Assembly (NCBI GenBank): GCA_026397715.1
Contig: JAPLUN010000685.1
Coordinates: 77-64,076, forward strand
DNA: 64,000 bases
Source of the DNA: Verrucomicrobiota bacterium
GTDB taxonomy: Bacteria; Verrucomicrobiota; Verrucomicrobiia; Verrucomicrobiales; Verrucomicrobiaceae
Direction of reading: 5' to 3'
A model generated the notes under the pieces. The model did no database searches and was not told where the DNA came from. It worked only from the letters and a program-made list of their open reading frames with translations. Below are positions 18,277-26,323 of the stretch, piece after piece (position 1 is the first letter of the stretch; each line of letters begins with the position of its first letter). The position numbers and the translations under genes are program-made.

Positions 18277-19296
18277 GTGCATCTTTTCCTCGCTGAACCT
18301 GATACATCGCCGTTCCTCGCCGATGAACTGCGCCGCGCCGTACCGGATGCTGCACAACGTGAAATCGAAGGCCTCGGCATCGCTGCGGATCTGAAGCTGG
18401 AAGGACTGCTGCTCGCCTTCGCGCGCCAGACACTGCCTGACGCCGTTGAAGTCCATGCCGCTTCCATCAATGCGTGGGCTGACCGCATCATCGAAGCCAC
18501 CGCCGGCGTGTTTCCCGATGACCAGCCGTGGCGATTACATCTCTGGCCGCAGTATGGCGAAGGCAAAGCCGGGCAGCATCGCTGTGAATTGATCCATGCC
18601 AGCCTGGTGGAGCGCCTGAAAAAGCGGCGCAGAAAGCTGCTGCGTTCACTGCTCGATTCGGATGCTGTCTTTGATGCGCAAACCTCCTTGGCGCAGTGCA
18701 TTCTCACCTCCCCCGAAACCGGCTGGCTTTCCACCTCGCTCGCACCGCAGCCTTATGCTCTGCGCAGTTTGATTTCGAGCTTCCCACGCGGTGAAGTGCC
18801 ACTGGCCGATGACAAAAGCGCGCCCTCGCGCGCCTTCACGAAACTGGTGGAGTCCGAGCAGCGTCTGGGTCGCCAGATTGAGAGCGGGCAGACCTGCGTT
18901 GACTTGGGTGCTTCACCGGGCAGCTGGAGCTATGTGCCCATCCAGCGCGGAGCGAACGTCATTGCCATCGACCGCTCAGAACTGCGCGAGGATTTGATGC
19001 GCAATCCGCGCCTGCATTTTCAAGTTGCCGACGCCTTCAAATACAAGCCACCGCAAACCGTGGACTGGCTCGTCTGCGATGTCATCGCGGCACCGCAACG
19101 CAGCATCGATCTGCTGCTCGAATGGCTGCGCGAGAAGCGCATGCGCAACTTCATCGTCACGATCAAATTCAAAGGCCACGATGAGTATCCGCTGCTCGAC
19201 ATCCTCAAACGCGAAGCTCCGCCACTCTGCGCCGAGTTTCACCTCACACGACTCTGCGCTAACAAGAATGAGGTGTGCGCGTTTGGTGTGGTTTGA
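18277..19296 (+). CDS. rlmM: RlmM-like 23S rRNA 2'-O-ribose methyltransferase (FtsJ fold)
   Basis: SRAFTKL..., VDLGASPGSWSY (SAM-binding loop) and DWLVCDV...IVTIKFKG are collinear with RlmM. GTG start. Confidence 0.7.
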   Translation: MHLFLAEPDTSPFLADELRRAVPDAAQREIEGLGIAADLKLEGLLLAFARQTLPDAVEVHAASINAWADRIIEATAGVFPDDQPWRLHLWPQYGEGKAGQHRCELIHASLVERLKKRRRKLLRSLLDSDAVFDAQTSLAQCILTSPETGWLSTSLAPQPYALRSLISSFPRGEVPLADDKSAPSRAFTKLVESEQRLGRQIESGQTCVDLGASPGSWSYVPIQRGANVIAIDRSELREDLMRNPRLHFQVADAFKYKPPQTVDWLVCDVIAAPQRSIDLLLEWLREKRMRNFIVTIKFKGHDEYPLLDILKREAPPLCAEFHLTRLCANKNEVCAFGVV

Positions 19297-19397
19297 AAAA
19301 CGAGCGAATGGCCCGACATAAGATTCCGTCTGATCCCCGCATGGTGATTTAGTCTTGCGACGAAATCTCCGTCCATGCTATCCAGCCTCCCACAACC

Positions 19398-19913
19398 ATG
19401 AAGCTTTTCATTACTTTCATCCTTGGTGCCATCGCCGGTGCATCTCTGTTGTGGTTTGGATTCAGCAAAACAATCGTGCCCATCGACAGACGTCTCGTTG
19501 CGGTAAATCGCTTCAACGGCTCGGCCAAAGAAGTCTTCATCTCCTCCACGGAAGCCGAAAGACTCCGCCAGGACGAAGTCAAAAGAACCGCAGCACCAAA
19601 ACCGCTGCAGGTGCCAAAACGCAGAGATATGACCGAAGCTGAGATCACAAAACTTGGATTCAAATGGGATGCGACGCACAACTCCATCCGTCTCTGCTTC
19701 CATAACCCATTCAATTCAGAAGTCACTCTTGATCGCGTACGCGTGAGGATTCCTCAGCGCGGCGACCGTGCGGCGCTTGATCGTGAATACAACACGCAGG
19801 TACATTGCTGGCCTCTGGCAGACAGCGAGACACACCTTGATATGAAAGACGTACCGGCCAGCGACCTCCTAGAGGCGCAAATCACCCCCATCCGAGTGTC
19901 CATTTACGATTAA
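19398..19913 (+). CDS. Hypothetical membrane-anchored protein
   Basis: 171 aa with an N-terminal TM helix (LFITFILGAIAGASLLWFGF). GC is lower than the neighbours. No family recognised. Confidence 0.5.
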   Translation: MKLFITFILGAIAGASLLWFGFSKTIVPIDRRLVAVNRFNGSAKEVFISSTEAERLRQDEVKRTAAPKPLQVPKRRDMTEAEITKLGFKWDATHNSIRLCFHNPFNSEVTLDRVRVRIPQRGDRAALDREYNTQVHCWPLADSETHLDMKDVPASDLLEAQITPIRVSIYD

Positions 19914-19937
19914 CCACCGCCTTAGTGCCCCAAAGAC

Positions 19938-21911
19938 TTACAGCAGCGCCTCATGCGCACGGCCATCCTTGGCTTCGCAGTAAAGGATGAAGGACTGGTT
20001 CACCACTGAATAGCCCCCGGGAGTCGGATAGTCACCGCTGAAGTACCAGTCGCCGTACTCGGCACCGAGAGCGGTGTGGAGGTCGGGAATGGTCTGGTAG
20101 ATGACTTCGACGGTGCCATGCCACGGCGTGTCCTCAGGACTGATCATCTGGGCGATGCGTGCGGAGATTTCCTCGTCGGTGAATGGCGCGTAGATGGCCT
20201 TCACGGCATTGCGCATCTCTTCCTTTGGCTTCTTCATCTCGGCTTTGCAGGCCAGATAAGTCTCATGCACGATGTGCGACATCCCACGCGTACGCAGGAG
20301 TGAAATGGCAGCCTGGAAGGCGATGAACTTGCCGAGTTCGGCCATGTCGATGCCGTAGCAGTCAGGGTAGCGAATCTGCGGCGCAGTGGAGCACACGATG
20401 ATACGCTTCGGATTGGTGCGGGCCAGAATGCGCAGCAGGCTTTTCTTCAGCGTGGTACCACGGACGATGGAGTCGTCGATGACCACCAGATTGTCCTTGG
20501 AGGTCACAACTCCATAGGTGATGTCGTAGCTGCCGGACACGAGGGCATCACGCCCCGTCTCCTGGGCGATGAAGGTGCGCATCTTGATGTCCTTGAGGGC
20601 GATTTTTTCGGCTCGCGGCCAGTTGCGCAGCACCAGATCATCGAGCTTGGCCTCGTCAAATTCACCGCTCTTGAGCATGTCCACAAGCGCCTCTTTGACA
20701 ACGACACGGCGGCTTTTACGCAAGCCGTCGAGGAAGCCGAAGTAGGCCGTCTCAGCGGTGTTCGGGATGAAGCTGAGCACGGTGTGCTCGAAGTCGTTGT
20801 CGATGGCTTTGACCACCTGAGGCACCAGCTGCTCACCTAGCGCTTTGCGCTGATGGTAGATGGCGGAGTCGTTGCCGCGTGAGAAATAAATGCACTCGAA
20901 CGAGCAGGGCTTGAATTCACGCGGCTCAGTGAACTTCTGGATGGTCATGCCACCATCCGCCTTGATCACGGCCACATGCGCCGGGGGAATCTCATGCGTA
21001 TCCTCTTCGTTGACACCGAAGACGGACATCAAGGCTACTCGTTCGGAAGCCATGGCAAAGATCTCGTCGTTCTCGTAATAGTGGCAGGGGCGGATGCCGC
21101 TGGGGTCGCGCATGGCGAAGAGATCGCCATTGCCAATGACGCCGACGATGCTGTAGCCACCATCCCAGCGTTTGGCGGACTCTTTGATCACGGCTGTCAC
21201 ATCCAGTTTTTCACTGATGTGCTGCGGGATGTCTTCTCCGGGCATGCCCGAGTCACGCAGTACGTGGTACAGCTTGGTGTGCGCCTCATCGAGCTGGAAG
21301 CCGATTTCTTCGAGCACACTCTGTGTGTCCGTGCCGAAGACGGGGTGCTGCCCGCGCTTCATCATCACCTCGTTGAGTTCGCGGGTGTTGGTGAGGTTGA
21401 AGTTTCCCATCACCATCAGCGTGCGCGTCGGCCAGGTGGTGCGGCGCATGTAGGGATGCAGCGCGCCTTTGCCGAAGTCACCGCTGGTGCCGTAGCGCAG
21501 GTGGCCGATGTAAATCTCCCCGGCCATCTCAAACTCGCGCTTGATGGCGTCCGGATCGTCCTCAAAAGACACGAATTCCTTGCCTTCCTGGTCGCGCTCA
21601 TCCTTGCGCTGCTTGTCGATGCGGCGGGCGATGCGTTTGAACTCTTTGCGTTCATCCTCAAAGACTTGACCGATGCGTTCCACGCTCTCGGTGCTCCGCA
21701 TGCGAAACATGTAGGGGAGACCGGGTGGCATGCCGAGCTTGCTGCAACCGATGCCCATGCCGTCCTGGCCACGGTTTCGCTGCTTGGTCATGATGGCCTG
21801 CAGGGCGTCAAAGCCATAGAGGGCGTTGCCGTATTTTTGATAGAAGTATCCTAGCGGCTTTTTCAGCCGCACCACTGCTATGCCGCACTCGTGACTGATT
21901 GGGTCGCTCAT
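19938..21911 (-). CDS. purF: Amidophosphoribosyltransferase (long form)
   Basis: Short propeptide, then the nucleophile Cys (MSDPISHECGIAVV). Ntn-amidotransferase half plus a PRTase motif (LVVIDDSIVRGTT). Confidence 0.9.
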   Translation of the reverse strand: MSDPISHECGIAVVRLKKPLGYFYQKYGNALYGFDALQAIMTKQRNRGQDGMGIGCSKLGMPPGLPYMFRMRSTESVERIGQVFEDERKEFKRIARRIDKQRKDERDQEGKEFVSFEDDPDAIKREFEMAGEIYIGHLRYGTSGDFGKGALHPYMRRTTWPTRTLMVMGNFNLTNTRELNEVMMKRGQHPVFGTDTQSVLEEIGFQLDEAHTKLYHVLRDSGMPGEDIPQHISEKLDVTAVIKESAKRWDGGYSIVGVIGNGDLFAMRDPSGIRPCHYYENDEIFAMASERVALMSVFGVNEEDTHEIPPAHVAVIKADGGMTIQKFTEPREFKPCSFECIYFSRGNDSAIYHQRKALGEQLVPQVVKAIDNDFEHTVLSFIPNTAETAYFGFLDGLRKSRRVVVKEALVDMLKSGEFDEAKLDDLVLRNWPRAEKIALKDIKMRTFIAQETGRDALVSGSYDITYGVVTSKDNLVVIDDSIVRGTTLKKSLLRILARTNPKRIIVCSTAPQIRYPDCYGIDMAELGKFIAFQAAISLLRTRGMSHIVHETYLACKAEMKKPKEEMRNAVKAIYAPFTDEEISARIAQMISPEDTPWHGTVEVIYQTIPDLHTALGAEYGDWYFSGDYPTPGGYSVVNQSFILYCEAKDGRAHEALL

Positions 21912-22206
21912 CGTAAAGGAGCACCCATCTTTGGCATGCCATGGGAGGAGTGCAAGACGTGGAAAAAGTTTCTCGCGGGTGTCTACCGCTGCCTGTCGCG
22001 CGTATGTCCGCTAGAATCAGGCTTGCAAACCCAGCCAGCACGGCCGGACACGGGTCAATCCACGAATCAAAGGACGCAGGGACACCGGACGATCATGTTG
22101 CAGAAAATCTCATGCCGCCTGCATTCTTCCCATGTAATTCGAGCAAAACAAGATCCATGGCTGTCAGGATGGCATGGTCCATGCAGTCAGAATTCCCAAC
22201 CTCCCG

Positions 22207-23481
22207 ATGAAAAATTTCTTATCCTACCGCCTCTGGCTGCCCGCCTTGACGCTGGCGGCCTTTTTCACGCCAGCTTCCAGCTACCCGGCCATTCCAGAAA
22301 TCGGCTCTCCCCTGCCCGTCCCTGCAGCGCCGGAAATCCCGCCGCTGGAGATTCCCGAAGAGCCGATGCAAGGGATCATGCTGCGCAAACTCGCCTTTGA
22401 CCGTGAGTTCGACTCCCCCGTCATGCTGGCCTCCATGCCGGATGCTGGCGGAGAGCAGGTCATCGCCATGCAGCGGGGTGAATTCTGTGCGGTGCGGCTG
22501 GACGGCAGCGGCCAGTGGCGGCCCTTTCTCGATTTCCGTGAAAAAATGAAGGGCATTGTGCTCTTCGAGGAGGGCGTGCACGGCATCGCCTTTCATCCCC
22601 GCTTTTCTGAGAACCGGCTGTTTTACCTCAGCTACTCGCAAAACGAACCCCGCCGCACCGTGATCAGCGAAATGCGCGCCTCCAAGGACTCCACCCCTGA
22701 CGCACTGCCAGAGACGGAACGCGTGCTCATGGAGATTCTCCAGCCGCTGGCAGATCACTGGGGCGGTCACATCGCCTTCGGGCCGGATGGCTGTCTCTAC
22801 ATCGCGCTTGGTGACGGTGGCCTGCGTGATGACCCCTATCGGCTGGCACAAAACCCCTGGGTTCTGCATGGCAAAATCCTGCGCATCGATGTGAACGGCC
22901 GCAGCGGCAAACTGCCCTACGCGATTCCCGAGGACAACCCTTTCACCAAAGTGCAGACCGTGCTCCCTGAAATTTTCGCCCTCGGTTTTCGCAATCCTTG
23001 GGGCCTCTCCTTTGACGCACGCTCCGGTCAGCTCTGGTGCGCAGATGTCGGCCAGGACCTCTGGGAAGAAATCAACCGTGTGGAAAACGGTGCCAATTAC
23101 GGCTGGAGTGATCGAGACGGCCCCGCAAAGAGTGCCTTTCACGCGCACAGCTATCTCCCGAACACGACCACCACCGACCCCGTGCATGCCTACACCCGCA
23201 TGCGTGGCGAAGGCATCTGCATTGTCGGCGGTCTGCTCTACCGCGGCCAAAAACTACCACAGCTCGACGGCGCGTTTGTCTTCGCGGATTGGGGCTACGG
23301 TAGCGTGTGGGCGCTAGGGATCGACCCCGCCAGCGGCCTGCCCATCCGCCGCAGCGTTCTGCACCGCAAGGACCCGGAGCACAAGTTCAACCCCACCCTC
23401 GTCACGGCAGATCTCGATGGAGAACCCGTGCTGCTCTCTCAAGATGGGGCCCTGTATCGTCTGGAAAAGGACGACGATTGA
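22207..23481 (+). CDS. PQQ-dependent sugar dehydrogenase (soluble glucose/sorbosone dehydrogenase family)
   Basis: HGIAFHP..., RLFYLSYS, GGHIAFGPDGCLYIALGDGG and FRNPWGLSFD. Signal-like leader from the ATG at 22207. Confidence 0.85.
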   Translation: MKNFLSYRLWLPALTLAAFFTPASSYPAIPEIGSPLPVPAAPEIPPLEIPEEPMQGIMLRKLAFDREFDSPVMLASMPDAGGEQVIAMQRGEFCAVRLDGSGQWRPFLDFREKMKGIVLFEEGVHGIAFHPRFSENRLFYLSYSQNEPRRTVISEMRASKDSTPDALPETERVLMEILQPLADHWGGHIAFGPDGCLYIALGDGGLRDDPYRLAQNPWVLHGKILRIDVNGRSGKLPYAIPEDNPFTKVQTVLPEIFALGFRNPWGLSFDARSGQLWCADVGQDLWEEINRVENGANYGWSDRDGPAKSAFHAHSYLPNTTTTDPVHAYTRMRGEGICIVGGLLYRGQKLPQLDGAFVFADWGYGSVWALGIDPASGLPIRRSVLHRKDPEHKFNPTLVTADLDGEPVLLSQDGALYRLEKDDD

Positions 23482-23530
23482 GCAAAGCTTCACTGCAAGA
23501 CCCTGACCATGGCCGCGTTCAAGGCGGGCC

Positions 23531-24943
23531 ATGAATCGTTTCTTCGCCCTGTTCCTGCTGCTCAGCTCTGTTGCGGTCGCTCAATCGAAACCCGATGTCC
23601 TCTTCATCGCCGTCGATGACTTGAACGACTGGGTCACCTATCTCGGTGGCCATCCGCAGACAAAAACACCGAACATCGACCGCCTTGTGGCCCGAGGCAC
23701 GGCCTTTACCAATTCGCATTGCGCCGCGCCAGCCTGCAATCCCTCGCGCGCGGCACTGATGAGCGGTTTGCGCCCATGGCAGACGGGTATCTACACCAAC
23801 GGTGATCCGGCTCAGGGCGTGATGAAGGACGTGCTCACAATCAACCGCCACTTTCTCGCCAGCGGTTACAACACACTCGGCGGCGGCAAAATCTACCACG
23901 GTTATGGGAGCGAAGGACGCACCGATTCATGGACGAAATGGGAGGGCCTGTTTCCCTCCATTCAGGAACACGAGGAAAACATGAACGGCCTCAATCGCGG
24001 CCACTTTGACTGGGGTCCGGTGGATGCCAAGCCTTCTGACATGGGCGACTACAAAGCCACCGACTGGGCCGTCAACCAGCTCAAAACCGCGCCGCAGGAC
24101 AAGCCGCTCTTCCTCGCCCTCGGCTACATCAAGCCCCACCTGCCGTGGTATGTGCCCAAGGAGTACTATGACCGCTTTCCTCTCGCCGACATCAAGCTGC
24201 CTGTGACCAAAGAGCATGACCTTGATGACATCCCCAAAGCGGGTGTGCGCATGGCCGGCCCCGAAGGCGATCACGCCGCCGTGATCAAAGGCAACCAATG
24301 GAAGAAGGCCGTTCAAGCCTATCTCGCCACCATTTCATTCCTCGATGATCAGGTCGGACGCTTGCTCGACGGACTCGATCAAAGCCCCCGCAAAGACAAG
24401 ACCATCATCGTGTGGTGGACTGATCACGGCTGGAATCTGGGAGAAAAGGAGCACTGGCGGAAGTTCGCCCTGTGGGAGGAAACCACTCGCACCTCCATGG
24501 CCATTGTCGCCCCCGGCGTCACCAAGCCGGGCACCACCTGCACCGCACCGGTCGATTACTTGAACATGTATCCCACCATCTGCGAGCTCGCCGGCCTGCC
24601 CGTGCCGGAGCATGTGAAAGGCGCAAGCCTCATGCCGCTGCTCAAAGACCCCACCGCCAAATGGGACGGCGTGGCCGTCTGCACCCACGGCAAAGGCAAT
24701 CACGCCGTGCGCGACGCCAACTGGCGCTACATCCGCTATGCCGACGGCACCGAAGAACTCTATGATCACACCAAAGATCCGTATGAATGGACCAACCTCG
24801 CCAAGGAAGTCGGCATGAGCGAGATCAAGGCCAAACTCGGTGCTGCCATCCCCGCCGCCGATGCCGAAGTCAAAGCCACGTCTGGCGGAGAGAAGAAAAA
24901 AGGTGAGGGCAAAGGCAAGAAGAAGAAAAAAGCCGAAGAGTAG
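23531..24943 (+). CDS. Sulfatase (formylglycine-dependent)
   Basis: PDVLFIAVDDLNDW and the CxPxR motif in HCAAPACNPSRAALMSG. Signal peptide present. Lys-rich tail GGEKKKGEGKGKKKKKAEE. Confidence 0.9.
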   Translation: MNRFFALFLLLSSVAVAQSKPDVLFIAVDDLNDWVTYLGGHPQTKTPNIDRLVARGTAFTNSHCAAPACNPSRAALMSGLRPWQTGIYTNGDPAQGVMKDVLTINRHFLASGYNTLGGGKIYHGYGSEGRTDSWTKWEGLFPSIQEHEENMNGLNRGHFDWGPVDAKPSDMGDYKATDWAVNQLKTAPQDKPLFLALGYIKPHLPWYVPKEYYDRFPLADIKLPVTKEHDLDDIPKAGVRMAGPEGDHAAVIKGNQWKKAVQAYLATISFLDDQVGRLLDGLDQSPRKDKTIIVWWTDHGWNLGEKEHWRKFALWEETTRTSMAIVAPGVTKPGTTCTAPVDYLNMYPTICELAGLPVPEHVKGASLMPLLKDPTAKWDGVAVCTHGKGNHAVRDANWRYIRYADGTEELYDHTKDPYEWTNLAKEVGMSEIKAKLGAAIPAADAEVKATSGGEKKKGEGKGKKKKKAEE

Positions 24944-24946
24944 CCC

Positions 24947-26237
24947 TCACACCAGTCCCCGAATCGGTTCGCCACGGGTTAGAACGCTGAGCAGGCTCGG
25001 CGGCAGACCGTCGGTGATTCGTGCTTCCCCCACATCCACCAGCGTATGCATGATGGTGGCGATCAAATCGGGAATTGTGATCGGCTCTGAAGCGGGCTCT
25101 CCGCCATTGCGTGCCGACTGCCCGATGACCTGGCCCATTTTCAAGCCGCCGCCATAGATCATGAGCGGCGCCAGGCCGCCCCAGTGATCGCGCCCACCTT
25201 TGACATTGATCTTGGGCGAGCGCCCCATCTCACCGCAGCAGACCAACATGATTTTTTCACTCAGACCGCGTGATTCAATGTCCTCGATCAAGGCGGAAAC
25301 CGCGTGGTCAAAAGGACGTCCCACGTAGTCCATGCCCGTGCGACACGGGGCGTTGTTGTTGTCGGCATGCATGTCCCACACAAAGCTCGTCGTGACGGTG
25401 ACAAAGCCGCAGCCGCGCTCGCACAACCGCCGCGCCATGACGGGTCCTCTTTGGAGAGATCAAACGCATCTGACACACCGCGCCGCAGCACATCGAAGGC
25501 AAGCGTTTGAAATTCCGCCATGCCGGCGACGGACTGGCTGCCATCCATGGTTCGCTTCCATTGATCCAGTGAAGCAAGCAAAGTGCGACGATCATCCAGC
25601 CGGTTCTGCGGCATGCTCAAGGTCATGTCCGCCTGCGCCCCACTGCCAGCGCCGGGCACAAAGGGCTGGTAAGTCGCCCCCAATTCACCGCTGGAGGTGA
25701 AGTCGCCAAATTGCTTGATCACAGGCCCTGCAGTAGCCGAAACCGCCTGCGGAAACAGCGCCACATTCGTCGGCATCGCGCTGCTTTTCCGCAGCGGTCC
25801 CGCCATGCGTGAGTACAACGAGCCCAGATTCGCCTTCATCGTGTCTTTGCCAACAATGGTCTTGATGTCGTGGACCGCATCTCCGGTGACGAAGGAACGT
25901 ACGATGCTGAACTTGTCCGCCAGCTTTGCCAGCCTCTCAAACGTGCTGCCAAACGTCACCCCCGGCAGCTTGGTTTTGATCTCGCCCGTGACGCTGCGGA
26001 TCTCCGACGGCGCATCCATCTTCGGATCAAAAGTTTCGAACTGCGACGGCCCGCCGTGCATGAACAGGAAGATGACCGACTTGTCCTTGAGCAGCGATTT
26101 TTTGGAAGCCGCCAGCGACTTGAGCGCCATCAGATCACTCAGCCCGAGCGCCCGCCCAGCCCTAGGCCACCAATGCGCATGAAATCACGCCGCTGAAGGC
26201 GCGAAGAACCCTGGCTGTGGTCGGAAAAGGTCAGCAT
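24947..26237 (-). pseudogene. DUF1501 family gene inactivated by at least two lesions
   Basis: Three pieces in three frames. (1) A Tat-leader stub MLTFSDHSQGSSRLQRRDFMRIGGLGLGG (26237 to about 26151), broken in a G-run. (2) The body (ORF 25288-26130). (3) The C-terminal part MARRLCERGCGFVTV... (ORF 24947-25438). About 16 codons conserved in both paralogues in this window are missing at about 25440. Confidence 0.8.
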
Positions 26238-26323
26238 GTCCCTGCCAAATACGCCACCAAGGAGGCACTCCTTCCTGATTGTGCTTGCCACCCTGCATCG
26301 AGTTCGGGATGCTCGCCGCCATC

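Noticed and set aside
24878-24943. Purine-rich tract at the end of the sulfatase gene as a frameshift artefact or slippery repeat
   Set aside because: The tract is in frame and continues directly from the catalytic domain to a normal stop 3 nt from the neighbouring gene. Similar charged tails occur on other enzymes, so this is reported as a finding instead.
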